Assembly: GCA_964016885.1 (NCBI GenBank)
Contig: OZ024755.1
Location: 20,522,001-20,586,000 of the forward strand
Source of the DNA: Eledone cirrhosa
Taxonomy: Eukaryota
Direction of reading: 5' to 3'
DNA: 64,000 bases
Below the pieces are notes generated by a model. It worked only from the letters and a program-made list of their open reading frames with translations, ran no database searches and had not been told where the DNA came from. Within the stretch, counting starts at the first letter, position 1. The number at the start of each line of letters is the position of its first letter. Made by a program: the position numbers and the translations under genes. Below, in pieces: positions 16,773 to 38,642 of the stretch.

Positions 16773-18133
16773 TTGAGGATTTTCTATTCAAGATATATTT
16801 TGAAATTATGTTGAGAGGAGAAAAAGCAGATCAAGTCCAAAAGATATAAATATATATATAAGAAAATGTTTTTCATGGATTTTCCGTATTTCCCGTCGAA
16901 AATTCTTCTGAAATAACTTTTATGCCTGTATATATATCTAAAATATAGTCTTCCTGTATCTTTATATCTATCGATTTCTCACTCTGTATACAGACAAATA
17001 TTTGTCTTCTCACGCATGTACCTGTATTTACCTGTATATAGTTACCTTACCTAACACTCTCTCTCTATCTAGTTGTCTATGTATGTATATCTATTTCTCT
17101 TCACACTTTTAGATTCCTTTTTTTTCATCAGCCAGTGACACTATCTATTGTTTGTGTTCATGCGGGTGATTGCGTGTCAGCTCGCGTGTGTGTACGTGTG
17201 TGCGTGTTTTGTGCTCGTATGTGTTCGTGTGTGCGTGTATAAGTACCTGTGTATTTAGGTAAGGCCATGCTGCGTGTGTGGCTATTATGTATTGGTTAAG
17301 GCGTGCGACTAGCTTTTAATTACTAATAAAATACAACATTTAATTAATTAGAAATAAAATAAAACTTTTATATGAAACATTCCTTTCGTTAATTAAAACT
17401 CATACATATTAATGGATTCCACTCGAGTTTGGGGGTATTTCTAAACAAATTTTAAAAACTATTATTCTGTGTATTTGTCTTTGATAGAAGTCTTAAGTGC
17501 TTCTTAAAATTAAAATAAGAAAGTTGGTCTTTTTAAAAGATTTGCCAGAGTTTCGGAAGAAATTTTCAAGTTCAAAGTAAGTTGAAGAAACAATAATATA
17601 AATTCTTACAAAAATAAATCACGCTCACACAAACACACGCAGACATAGTCACACACACAAGCAACAAATATGCACGCAAACACACACAACACCGACATAC
17701 ACCACATACACACACCTACACATACAGTCACACAGACATGCAATCACACACAAAAACACAAATATACACACACAAACACATATACATACATACACAAACA
17801 CACAGACAAACCAAATAAATACACACGTGTGTGTGTGTTTGTGTGCAACATTATTGGGTGGGTACGAAGTGTGCCCCACAACCACTTGGTCTCGGGTCCC
17901 CTACGTGGTACCAAGGACGAGTGTTACTTACCGTACCCTTAAGAGGGATATTGGGTAGACAGAAACTGTTTAGAAGCCGCGAAATGGACAGTACTTGTAA
18001 TTCAAATGCCTGAATCTTTCTTAGGAATGTCACGGGTAAACGTGTCTGTGGAAGTGTGTTAATTCCATGAATATGCTGTTCCATTGGCCGAAAAACTGGA
18101 ATACACATCTTCGAAAGCGACGGAACTCTATCA

Positions 18134-18159
<26 letters not shown>

Positions 18160-18164
<5 letters not shown>

Positions 18165-18213
18165 GCAAGTGTAAATTTAAATATATATATATATATATAT
18201 ATAGCAAGTGTTA

Positions 18214-18257
<44 letters not shown>

Positions 18258-18672
18258 CAAGTGTTAATTTATATATATATATATATATATTCTTATACTT
18301 GGGAGGGTCATGTTGCCAATAAGAAACACACGCACCAGCGTGTTTCTTATCGGTTGTGTTTCTCATTGGCAACATGACCCTCCCAAAGTATAACAATATC
18401 GGTTTCAACACACGTTTTCAGATAAAGAATCTTGCTAAACAAATTCATATATGTATTTAGCAAGTGTTAATTTATATATATGTCTATATATATATATATA
18501 TATATATAGCAAGTGTTAATCTATATATATATATATATATATATACACCAAGTGTAAATTTATATATATATGTATATATATATATATATATACAGCAAGT
18601 GTAAATTTATCTATATATATATATATAAATATAGCAAGTGTAAATTTATATATATATATATAGCAAGTGTAA

Positions 18673-18708
<36 letters not shown>

Positions 18709-18842
18709 CAAGTGTAAATTTATATATATATATATATAGCAAGTGTAAATTTATATATATATATATATATATAGCAAGTGTAAAAATATTTATATATATA
18801 TAAAGCAAGTGTAAAAATATATATATATATATTGCAAGTGTA

Positions 18843-18860
<18 letters not shown>
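18160..18860. repeat. Compound array of agcaagtgtaaattt units separated by variable (AT)n
   Basis: About 15 units, interrupted by the 18293-18440 element. Confidence 0.9.
18293..18440. mobile_element. Fold-back element (palindrome 18293-18393), possible Penelope-like pLTR fragment
   Basis: Inverted arms. The same sequence occurs unfolded at 40383-40460. Degenerate CTGAAAA..GAAAC..GTT on the minus strand. Confidence 0.5.
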
Positions 18861-18880
<20 letters not shown>

Positions 18881-19277
18881 TGTATTCATGCATACATGTA
18901 TGTATTTTTTCTTATTTCACTGGCGGTTTATAAATTTCAAATATTAAAAAAAAAAGTGTATAAAGGAAGAATGTATGATACACTATTTACAAAGAAGAGA
19001 ATAAAAGGTTCTTAGGAATGGAATGAAGAGGTTCAATATTGGAAATGTGTTAATCAGGCTAGTGAGGCCTTCGAGAAGGATTATAGTAAAAAAAAAAATT
19101 TGTTTAAACGGCCTGTAAAAGGAGCAATTTATGGAAAGGCATATTTTATTTTATTTATAAATGTTACTAACAATGGAAGGTTTTTACAGAAACAGTTTTG
19201 TTGATTACTCAACAGCATCCACTGGTGGGTGATAATCGTAGTAGAAAAGCATTCAGTCCATGGCAAGAGTTTGGTAG

Positions 19278-19398
19278 AAGTAGTTCCACAATAGTTAGTT
19301 TACCGAGAACAATTGTTTCACCTTATTCGAGCTTGAGGATACGAATAAGGCGAAACAATTGTTCTCGGTATGGTGAACTCACTATTGTGGAACTACTT
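19278..19398. mobile_element. Fold-back palindrome with hammerhead 3'-half motif
   Basis: ccttattcg/cgaataaggc hairpin followed by GAAACAATTGTT, abutting the giant TA array. Confidence 0.5.
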
Positions 19399-25765
<6,367 letters not shown>

Positions 25766-25989
25766 AGATCAAAAGATGGTTAAAGGAGTTCAATATATTT
25801 TATTATGCGCATTTCAAAAACAAACATCATCAAACAATAATATTTGTGTTTTCATCAGATAAAACAGGAGAACATGATATGAAGGCTAAAAAAACACTTG
25901 TTGATAGTGCAGTTTTAAATCAACATATGAAAAGTGGTTGTAGATATCTGCATTGCTTTATTGTACTACAATAAAACTCACCTCCTGTA

Positions 25990-28442
<2,453 letters not shown>

Positions 28443-28443
<1 letters not shown>

Positions 28444-28769
28444 TGGTGGCTGCCAACTCGTTTTCGAGTACGGCCACTACTTTATATCCATGTAGGAGAA
28501 CCCCTACTGATGCGCTGAACGAGTGTGACTTTTTAGTCCAGCCAGCGACTTGAAAGCTCTGGTACAAACACTACACTTGTGACAATTATTGACACATAGT
28601 GCTGGGCCCATGGTACATGTGATGACAAGTGCAGAGAGATCTCCAGATATAAAGCAATGCCTGTGCCGTGAAACCTTTATAGTGAGCAAAGGCACTGCAC
28701 AAAGCCAGTCCCACTCTCTTAACCAAGATGATATTTACCAAAAAGAAGAACAAGTCAACATCATTGGAT
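28443..28769 (-). mobile_element. Bipartite RTE-derived element, 3' part (cut by the gap)
   Basis: Near-identical to 5968-6296. Confidence 0.8.
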
Positions 28770-28969
28770 NNNNNNNNNNNNNNNNNNNNNNNNNNNNNNN
28801 NNNNNNNNNNNNNNNNNNNNNNNNNNNNNNNNNNNNNNNNNNNNNNNNNNNNNNNNNNNNNNNNNNNNNNNNNNNNNNNNNNNNNNNNNNNNNNNNNNNN
28901 NNNNNNNNNNNNNNNNNNNNNNNNNNNNNNNNNNNNNNNNNNNNNNNNNNNNNNNNNNNNNNNNNNNNN
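28770..28969. other. Assembly gap, 200 N
   Basis: Run of N with a round length, typical of a scaffolding spacer. Confidence 0.99.
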
Positions 28970-30079
28970 AAAGTGATGAGATAGACATTAAAAAAAGACT
29001 TTTAAGAGCAAGTCTGTCAGCACTTTAGTTTCTATGGTGACAACACTACCTCTCTATCTATTTTTCACACACTCTCTCTCTCTGTATTTCTCTCTCAACA
29101 GACAACTTTTCACTCCTTGCTTTTTTTCCCACCTACATATATATATGAAAAGTTGTTGTAGTTGAGAGAGAAATACAGCGAGAGAGGGTGTGTGAAAAAT
29201 AGATAGATAGTTTAAAGCGTAGTTCAACAATATGGAGACTTCATAATAACAAAGAAACCTACATGACTAACAAATATTTTTATCAGCAGCATAGCGATGG
29301 GTTTTTTTTACTAGTACTTCATAAAATGCAGAAGTGAAATATTTTTTAATGATTCTGATCATAAGTAGAAAGAAGAATGGGGGGGGGGGTATTTGTGGGT
29401 TATAGAGAACACAAATAAATAATAAATAAAATAAGTGAATTACTGCAGACTCCGCCGTTGCACAGTAAAGTATAAAAGATACAATTTTACTCAATATGAA
29501 GATTCTAAGCACAAATTTAATGTCAGTGATGAAATCAAAGTAATTTATCATTATTTATGGCCAAGAAATTCTGAATTTGATGAAATAACCAAGAAAAGGC
29601 TGAAATTAGACAAACCACTACTACTTGTCATTATTCAATGATGACTATCGATCATTTAAGTGGAGTTATAAAACACTATGAGGAAAGGTCTTAATAAAAA
29701 ATATATTGAATATCATATTAAATTATTAATATTATATTAAATATTATATTAATTAGTATTAATAATATTATATCGAAGGGTTGCGTGGATCCACAGTTGT
29801 GTCAAAGATATGACACCCTTTCCTGAGCACTTGATGGAACATTAGACCGTACATAAGCAAGACATAGATCCCTGACCTGCCTGGGAGATCAGTGACTCCA
29901 CTCCAGTACAGACTAGGTCTATACAGACCCATCTAACCCTTGCTAGCAGGTAAAGTGAACGTTAAAACAGCAAATGACTCTCAAATAACAAAACTATGGC
30001 TAATTCAGCTCTAGCTGCAGGATTTTGAAGGAATGTGTCGAAGGAAAGTCTTTAGAATGGCTTAGTGATAAATAAATAA

Positions 30080-30273
30080 ACCAGCCGCATCTGGCAAGAA
30101 ATCTCTCAGTTCTTTCTGTTTAAACTGGCTGCTCATACTGATTTTAAGGTATTGTTCTCAAAATAAATAATATCAAAATCTCATAGATTCAATATTATGA
30201 GAGATATATGTGAGGTAAAGCCTTTACCGTGAAAATATAATAGAAACTTTAGAGTAATGTAAATGCTAAAGGG
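30080..30273 (+). mobile_element. piggyBac-like MITE, 5' truncated
   Basis: Ends taaatgctaaaggg|ttaa. Homologous to 36455-36699 and 55379-55569. Confidence 0.7.
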
Positions 30274-30957
30274 TTAAAATTAAGAAGCACTTGTGTGTGT
30301 GATAATGAGAATTTTGTGGGGAAGTGAATGTAGAGTAACAATCAAAACCTCTGTGGAGGAGAGGGGGGGGGGTTAATTCCTGCTTCGTCTGCTACAATAG
30401 TCTCTTTGATACATTTCTGTATAAGTTAATTGGATTGGTAAGATAGATACTTAATGTCTTATATAAAATTATGTTGGAAGATTTTTATTTAAATTGGAAA
30501 CCTTTAAAATGGGTGGTTTTATTTCATAGAACCAGAGCCGATTTTGGCTTGGCTGGTAATTAAAGGTTAAATGTGAACTTACTTCCCACACTTTCTAAAT
30601 AAAGAGATGCATGGGTAAACTAACTGTATAAGTTACTTCCTATTACTCACTTAAAACATTATTTTCCTTATCGTCTTTAAAAAAAACATCGGAACAAATT
30701 AATAATTATTCAGTTTGACACAAATTTTGTCAAGATTAGAAGATGACTGTTTTCACTTGTCAGTTGTAATTTAAATTGATTCCTTATTAAAAGACAAATT
30801 GGCAATAAATTTTTTTTATCAAAGAAAAAAAAAAGAAAATTAACTAATCTGCCTCACTCATCAAATTGGAAATTAGGTGAGTCGAAATGGCTTCTATGTG
30901 GTCACTCTGTTTACTAGATGTGGCAACCAATTAACTCTCAAACCACACTTTACTATA

Positions 30958-31330
30958 CAAGGTGGGCCTTAAGTCGCACAGCAAAGCATTAAATGTCTTA
31001 ACGCATTAACTGTATTAATAAAGAATTGAATTATTGCTGACATTTAACCTTCTGGATGCTCCAGGCATTTTATCTTGCCAATAGAGTAATCTCCCCTTAA
31101 TATATAATGCAGTGTCAAGGGAAGCAATTCTTAAAAATTTCTTGCGGGCTAAAGATTAATTTAATTACAATCATCTTTTTGTGATGCAGACTTATTATGC
31201 CTTTAACAATTGACAAACGAGTTGAACTTGTGTTCATGTGTGGTTGCGATGGTGCTACAAATCGATCCATTGCTGAGAAATTCAATGGGAGCTCATCCTG
31301 ACTGTGAGCTCGTCACTCACATCTTTGTTA
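30958..31330 (+). mobile_element. Tc1/mariner-type transposon left end with decayed N-terminal HTH (DUF4817-like)
   Basis: TA|caaggtggg terminus. ATG at 31197 gives MPLTIDKRVELVFMCGCDGATNRSIAEKFNG-(frameshift)-HPDCELVTH. Confidence 0.6.
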
Positions 31331-31532
31331 TTTCAATATAATTGTTGACATTAATACAATACAATATATATGTATACTAAATAGTTGTTAATGCTTTGGT
31401 CGTGGTTGGAGCAGAATCGCCAGTAACCATAAATGTCCTAAATGAGAGCTAGTTAAAGAAACGGTCCCACACGTTATCATTTAGTGCCTGTGCATTGTTA
31501 CACACACGGATAAACAGATACATATATATATG

Positions 31533-31935
31533 TTTCTTTTATTTGCCACCAGGGCATCAAAAGTGGGACAAGTACAAAGGAGGGAGTTTACACAAAAAGG
31601 CGCCCTCAATAAGGAGGAGGCAATAACAATGTATAAAAATAAAATAAAATATAACAAAAAATAAAATTTATAACAAAATCCTCAATAGAGAGGAGGCGCC
31701 TTGGGGGGTCGCACACACCCCCGAAAAAAGTGTGCAACCCTTTTCCTCAGGAGCACAGAGAGGAGGTGCTCCCTCATTCCTTCCTCTTTTCCACCTACAG
31801 GCTTATGTAAAGAGAAGGCCCATTCACACGGGCCATTCTCGCCACTTTCACCACCTTTCATAAAAACGACTGGGGTGGAGCACCTCTCTCTCCATCCTGA
31901 TCCTTCTTCCGAAATGATATCAGACAAATAGATAG
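31533..31935 (-). mobile_element. L1/Tx1-like LINE 3' end fragment
   Basis: Degenerate frame YH..RRIRMEREVLHPSRFYERW*KVARMARVNG, then a GC-rich 3'UTR ending ggcaaataaagaaac. Confidence 0.55.
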
Positions 31936-32304
31936 GTCAATTGATAGGTAGGCCGATTGATATATATATATAGGCAGATAGATACATAGGCGGACATGTA
32001 GATAGATAAAATATTTACACAATGCCTGAAAAACAGATGAGTTGATAAGGCTGGAATGTCTTTGATTAAAGTCTACTCACTCAGAGACGACCTGGGGTTA
32101 AACAATAACAACAAACCTGGAGATTATGTTTTAAAAAAGTAAATGTCTGTAAACAAATGAAACAACAGTTTAAAATTAATTTTTTTTAAATCTTTCTCTC
32201 TCTCCTTGATATTTCTACAATGTGAAATAAAGTGTCTTGCTCAAGGAAACAACACATCACCCGGTCTCTCTCTCCTTGATATTTCTGCATTAATTCTTTC
32301 TGCA

Positions 32305-32470
32305 TTACACCAACCAGCAGATCCATACAAGCAAGATGGTTGGATGGAAAACATCCATGAACTTGCCTAGTTTCGCTTAGGGATCCAGCCGGATCAATAG
32401 GGAGGTGTTTGCTTCTCACAGGACCCGCTGGGAGGAGTGTCTGAGGATACTGCCGCCCATCAATAAGTGG
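32305..32470 (+). mobile_element. RTE LINE 3' fragment
   Basis: gcaagatggttggat..catccatgaact..tcgcttagggatccagccgg is shared with the other RTE copies. Confidence 0.65.
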
Positions 32471-32697
32471 GATGAGGAGATGGGGGGGGGGGGGAGTTTG
32501 GCATTGCAGTAAGTCGGTCACTTCCATCATCTTAGATTAGTCCAGGCTATAGGTTAATTTTACTAACTCCTCTCTAAACATACCATCTGCACCCACCATC
32601 AAGATCCCATAGAACAGGGACATCTGTAAATACCAGCAAGATCCCATGGAATTAGGACATATGTGCTATATTTGGAATAAAAATACCATAAAAATAA

Positions 32698-32888
32698 TTA
32701 ATTGTTTCTACTTTTGGCACAAGGCCAGCAATTACCCAGTGCATTACTGATACTTTATTTTATCGACCCCGTAAGGATGAAAGGCAAAGATAACCTCGAC
32801 GGGATTTGAACTCAGAATGGCAAGGGCCGTAACTCTATGCATCAAAGCATGGTGTCCGAACCTCTACCGATACTGCCAATCCACCCAC
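32698..32888 (-). mobile_element. SINE family A, full length
   Basis: Match to consensus. Flanked by repeated ataccataaaaataatta (TSD-like). Confidence 0.88.
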
Positions 32889-33059
32889 CTTTAAAATCCA
32901 CCATACCATAAAAATAATTAATGTTGGGAAATAAGTAGCAAGTTTTAATATAATCTACTTAAACACTGATAATTCCGATGGCAAACAAGTGCTGAAAGAA
33001 GAAAGCAACTAGTCTGAAACAGATGTAGAGAAAACATCTTAATACACACTGTTGACTGT

Positions 33060-33290
33060 CTTCTTTTTCTTCTCTTTTTCTTCTCCCACTTATTCCTCAG
33101 AGACTCATGGAGGCAGAGTCCTGAAACACGTCTTCCAGTGGGTTCTATCAGAAGCAACAGTCTCCAACTGATCTGGCTGGATCCCCAAGCGGGACCAGCC
33201 AAGCTCATGGATGTTATTCAACCAGCTTACTCAAGCTCTACTCCTGGGTCTCCTGCCTGTCCTGTTGGTTTTGCCCATAAAATCTGTCCA
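33060..33290 (-). mobile_element. RTE LINE 3' fragment
   Basis: Reverse complement matches the RPR..WLNNIHELGWSRLGIQPDQLETVAS region. Confidence 0.7.
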
Positions 33291-33508
33291 GTTAATTATT
33301 CCTGAAACATTCCATTCTCACCACAAAATAATAATAAAGGGGATGACCTCTTATAATTTTGTATTGCATTAAATGTTGATATCCTTTCACTAGAAATGGG
33401 AATATATCTATATGATATTTGTATGTATGATGAATGTATGTGTGTATGTATACATACCGGGTCACTCTTGAGTGCTACTGGTAATATGTAACCCAATACA
33501 ACCTGTTG

Positions 33509-33992
33509 CATGGTCGGGTCGTCGGCGACTAAACCAGCAACCCCACCAAGTTTACTTGGTGAGGAGGGTGATTTTGGACACCCTGCAGGACAAAAAACAA
33601 AACCTGACAAAGAGCAGGAGAACTCATAAGAGTCAATGGCCATCCAAAATTGTGTAAATATGTATATAGACATGTACCGCGCGGTTAAACCACTGGGAGT
33701 GAAGGACCCCCTAGCCTTTGTCAGGACATTCTTCTAGGAGAAGGCAACTCAGGAAACTGGGATAACTTTGATATAAAACCTGCGGCTCAATAGTTACAGA
33801 TGATGTTGATCTTTTCTTCTTTTCGGGTTATAGCTACTGTCGCTCAGAGAGTGGGATTGGCTCAGTGCACAATCTTTCCTCACTTTAAAAAATATCTTCA
33901 CGCACAGGCATTGCATGATAGAATTAATTAATAATTATTAATAATGGTATATCGTGCAATGGCCATACTCAATAATGAGGGGGCAGCCATCA
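33509..33992 (+). mobile_element. Diverged bipartite RTE-derived element
   Basis: Same 5' start (atggtcgggtcgt) and similar 3' end (tggccatactc...ggcagccatcat) as 5968-6523, but a different middle. Confidence 0.7.
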
Positions 33993-34094
33993 TGTATACA
34001 TATATATATGTATGCATGTATGTATGTAAATATGTATGTATGTACATATGTATGTAAGTGTGTATGTATACATATATATGTAAGTATGTATGTA

Positions 34095-34246
34095 CCATAT
34101 TTCCCATCCTCGAGGACGCACCCTAATTTTGACAACCAAAAATTTGAAAAAAAAATTTTAAACAACCTTCAGCCTCCAGGACGCATGGTAGATTTTTGAG
34201 ACTTATTTTAGGAAAAAAGTAGCGTCTTCAATGCTGGGAAATACAG
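34095..34246. mobile_element. Tc/pogo-like MITE
   Basis: TA|ccatatttccca ... tgggaaatacag|TA imperfect TIRs with TA TSD. Confidence 0.7.
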
Positions 34247-34798
34247 TATGTATATATGTACGTATGTATGAATGTATGAATGTATGTATGTATGTACATA
34301 TATATATGTAAGTATGTATGTACGTATGTAAATATGTATCTATATATGTATATATGTATCTATGTACGTGTGTATGTATGTACGTGTGTATGTATGTATG
34401 TATATATGTACATATATATGTAAGTATGTATGTATACGTATGTAAATATGTATCTATGTATGTATGTATATATGTATCCATGTACGTGTGTATGTACGTG
34501 TGTATGTATGTATGAATGTATTTATGTAAGTATGTACATATATATGTAAGTATGTATGTATACGTATGTAAATATGTATCTATGTATGTATGTATGTGTG
34601 TATGTACATGTGTATGTATGAATGTATGTATGTAAGTATGTACATATATATGTATGTATGTATATGCATGTAAATATGTATCTATGTATGTATGTATATA
34701 TGTGTGTATGTACGTGTGTATGTATGTAAGTATGTACATATATATGTAAGTATGTATGTATACATATGTAAATATGTATCTATGTATGTATGTATATA
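34247..34798. repeat. (TATG)n-derived array
   Basis: Directly visible. Confidence 0.9.
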
Positions 34799-35508
34799 TC
34801 CACCCACCCATAACTCCTTTATAGCATGGTACAATACTACATACAACTTTTATAAATGACTGAATATTAATGCAATATTCCTGAGGTCACCCAGGGGTAG
34901 TTTTTTAAACAAATTTACTCCCACCCTATTTTATTCAGTAATTTTCCACCAGTCCAATAGACAAGGTTCAGAAATCGAAAGTATGAGACAGAAATTGAAT
35001 AATTCTACTTCATAAAGTTTTGCTTACAAGTATATTATCCCAACACTTAGCTATTCTTCAAACAATATCAAGTTAAATTAACAGTAAGTTAATGAAGATC
35101 CACAACAAAAGTTATTTCACAACAGATGTTGTAACCTATGATACAGATAAAGAAACCAGCATGAAATTATCATATTCATATAAAAAATCTCAGTAAAATA
35201 ACAAAAATGTGGTTAGTGAAATAATTAGTGAAATAGTTAATTACATAAAAATAAACGATTCATGAAAAATATTAGTGAAATAATTTAATTAGTGAAACAC
35301 AAATAAGTTATTAGTGAAAGTAGAATATTTATTTATTAATCAAATTCTTTTGTTGTTACCTCAATCAATGATCTTTTACGTGACTTGTTTCCACTCTAAA
35401 GTCAGGTGTCTGTTGACTATTATCATCTATATCAATTTCATTTTCATCAGTTATGTGGTCTGTTTGTTTGTTTTTCTCTTTTTTTTTATTCTTTTTCTTA
35501 CTCCTATT

Positions 35509-35766
35509 TCATGCAGTTTTATTTTTATTAGGAAGTCGAGATAGATGTGAGGCCTTTGTTTTCTGTTGTGATGCTCTTTCTTTTTCCTTCTGAACATTTA
35601 GTAAATGTTGGGAATAATTTAAATATGATGGTGGCATGTTAGCCAACATTGTTTGAGGAACTGAAATGTTCAAAATTTCAGGAAGCATATATGGTTTTAG
35701 CCACACAACTAATGGAGTAGATCCAAATGTGTAATGAGTTTTGTGGTAAAATAACACTCCATCCAC
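35509..35766 (-). CDS. SNUPN: Snurportin-1 terminal coding exon (possibly a pseudogenised copy)
   Basis: Acceptor cctactttcag|GTG. Translation VDGVLFYHKTHYTFGSTPLVVWLKPYMLPEILNISVP resembles human snurportin-1 [38 protein letters not shown] (recalled). No upstream exons were recognised in the window. Confidence 0.85.
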   Translation of the reverse strand: MDGVLFYHKTHYTFGSTPLVVWLKPYMLPEILNISVPQTMLANMPPSYLNYSQHLLNVQKEKERASQQKTKASHLSRLPNKNKTA

Positions 35767-35861
35767 CTGAAAGTAGGAATTTAGGAAAATATAGTCAATG
35801 ATTGATTAGTGGTAAAATAATAAGGTATTTATTAAATCAACTTTTGTGATAGAATTGAAAC

Positions 35862-36120
35862 AGGACTGTATTGAGTACTTCAAGGTTTATATCAATAGCG
35901 AGGACTGTATTGAGTATCTTAAGTAAATTGGACTATATTGAGTACTTCAAGGTTTATATCAATAGCTAGACTTCTACTGAGTACCTTAAGTAAATAGGAC
36001 TGTATTGAGTACTTCAAGGTTTATATCAATAGCTAGGACTTCTACTGAGTATCTTAAGTAAATAGGACTGTATTGAGTACTTCAAGGTTTATATCAATAG
36101 CTCAGACTTAAATTGAGTAC
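35862..36120. repeat. ~66-bp tandem repeat, ~4 copies, with internal dimer structure
   Basis: ggactgtattgagtacttcaaggtttatatcaatagc is repeated. Confidence 0.9.
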
Positions 36121-36454
36121 ATAAACTATCTATCAATAATCAATACAACCACAGTTAAATTGTAAAAGCTGAACTTGGTAGTGCACACTAACAAACCACT
36201 TTATTATAGAGTGTCTCTGTTACATATAATAGTAAACTGAACTTTCTTTAGATACCTATTTACAGATAAATGAAATAAGTAATCTGAAGAAATGTTATAG
36301 TAATACTGGATGTACTGTTATCTAAAATCCAGGGTGTTCAGCTTGATGTTATGAGGTAATGAATCAACAGAAATATACCAGGTTATGAAAGGGAGACTTT
36401 TGACTAATCTTCTCATGGCTGACTTAGTCTACTATCTCGTACTTTTTATCTTAA

Positions 36455-36699
36455 CCCTTTAGCATTTAAACTGGCCGTATCTGGGCACAATTCTCTCACC
36501 TCTTTCTGTTCAAACCAGCTGTAATTGGCCACTCATACTGATGTTAATGTATTGTTCTCAAAGTAATATCAAAATCTCATAGATTCGATATTATGTAAGA
36601 TAATCATGTGAGGTAAAACCTTTATGGTGAAAATATGATAGTATATATTGAGTAATGTAACTGCTAGAGTAAATATAGAGTAATGTAAATGCTAAAGAG
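36455..36699 (+). mobile_element. piggyBac-like MITE
   Basis: TTAA|ccctttagcattta ... taaatgctaaagag|TTAA. Confidence 0.85.
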
Positions 36700-37478
36700 T
36701 TAAGGATCTAAATAATTGATTTATCTATAAAGAGATATAACATCTTTTATGGCACATTTTTCATTATAGTTAAGCATCTTCACCACAGACCCAATGCAGT
36801 ACCAATGACAGGATGTGAACTATCATCATCATCATCATCATCATTTTTACATCCATTTTTCACCGCTTGCATGGGTTGGACAAGTCCTTCTCAGCACAGC
36901 ATCTCGCAACTCACAGTGTTTCTTCATCATCTCCTCTGTGAGTCTCAGCAGTTTGAGATCAGCTCTCACCACCTCTACCCAGAGGTCTTGCTCTACTGCG
37001 GCTTCTTCCTCTGGGATTTTCTGGCACTTCTTCAGTCCAATGTCCAGTCAATTTGGTTATCCATACTCTCACTTTATACAATAAAGTTTGTAGCTTTATA
37101 TATTGTGTCCTTTTATGACAAAGAGAAATGGGGAAAATGTGACATTCATGACTTTCCCAATAGTTTTTGGTATTGAAAGCCATTTAAACTAGAGATCAAA
37201 ACTGTGTTAACGTTTCGGATCTTTGGGAATTTAAATTCTGTTGTTATAGTGAGACTTCACATTAATAACTGATCAAGGGCAATAATTTACTGTCGGTGAA
37301 CCAACAGAGAGCCTCTATGTGGTTCTCCAATCTGCTAGAAATAGCAACCAAATTTCCATTAAATCACACTGCACCTTTAAAAAGAGAAGTAAGGATGCAT
37401 TGGATGATGTAATCCTAGATGCAATAATTGTTTTAAAAAGAATTGGATGGTCATTATTGGAATGACTTTAACCTTTTA

Positions 37479-37805
37479 TGGCTTAGTGGTTAGAGCATTG
37501 GGCTTGCAATCGAAAGGTTGTGAGTTCAATTCTCAGACCGGGTGATGTGTTGTTTCCTTGAGCAAGACACTTTATTTCACATTGCTCCAGTTTACTCAGC
37601 TGTAGAAATGAGATGATAGGGACTGGGGTCCCTATCATTCCACTGCAAAGTGGTCGTGTAGGTGCCACGGCAAAAAAGCACCCAGCACTCACTGTAAATG
37701 AGGTTGGTGTTAGGAAGGGCATCCAGCTGTAGAAATCAAGCCAGAATCAGTTCCCGTACCACCCTTGTAAGCAGGGAAAAGCGGACATAAAATGATGATG
37801 ATGAT
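37479..37805 (+). mobile_element. Full-length tRNA/CORE-like SINE with LINE-like tail ending (GAT)n
   Basis: Head matches 200-360. Tail gttaggaagggcatccagctgtagaaa...gatgatgatg. Confidence 0.8.
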
Positions 37806-37994
37806 ATTAACCCAGTCAAAACTGGTTCTAGATCTGTGAAACGAAACCACTCATTCTAAAGGGGCCTTATTTAATTTAAAATCTTCCAACGCAATTTTAT
37901 ATCAGAACCTTTTGTTAAAATACTATCTTAATAATGAACATATTAGTAATTTTAGTAAAATTATTCATTGATTAATTGAAATGCAGTGTACTTC

Positions 37995-38315
37995 AAAAAA
38001 TACCCAGCCACTGTAAAGTGGTTGTGTAGGTGTCACGATAAAAAGCACACAGCCCACACTGTAAAGTGTTTGTGTAGGTGTCATAATAAAAAAGTACCCA
38101 GTCCACACTGTAAAGTGGTTGTGTAGGTGTCATGACAAAAAGCACCCGGTACTCATTGTAAATGAGGTTGGCATTAGGAAGGGCATCCAGCTGTAGAAAT
38201 GTAGCCAGAAAGTTCCATATGAGCAAGACATGGTCACCTGACCTAACATTGCCCACAACAGGACAACTCATCTAACCCATACTAGTGTGGAAAATGGACG
38301 TAAAACGATGATGAT
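37995..38315 (+). mobile_element. SINE tail (family C) with ~48-bp internal tandem units
   Basis: cacactgtaaagtggttgtgtaggtgtca x3, ggaagggcatccagc, and a gatgatg tail. Confidence 0.7.
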
Positions 38316-38439
38316 GGTGTATTTCATTAGAAATGTTAAAATTTTAACATGAATATAGAAACTGTGGCTCAGAATTGAGGTTAAAAAGATCCCAGTCCAC
38401 CCTGTAAGGTGGTAGTGTGTGTGTATGTATATGTGTATG

Positions 38440-38551
<112 letters not shown>

Positions 38552-38642
38552 GTAATAATAATAAATGTGAAGACTAAAATCCAAAGAGGACTCGATAAGG
38601 ATAAATATATATCAAAACCCTAGAGCAAATATTTATTATAAT

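Noticed and set aside
18160-18860. Repeat-spacer array resembling CRISPR
   Set aside because: Spacers are only (AT)n.
28700-29050. Any linkage argument across the gap
   Set aside because: The 200-N spacer has unknown true size, so adjacency of the two halves is not established.
29435-29641. 68-aa non-repetitive ORF
   Set aside because: No family recognised and no clear exon boundaries.
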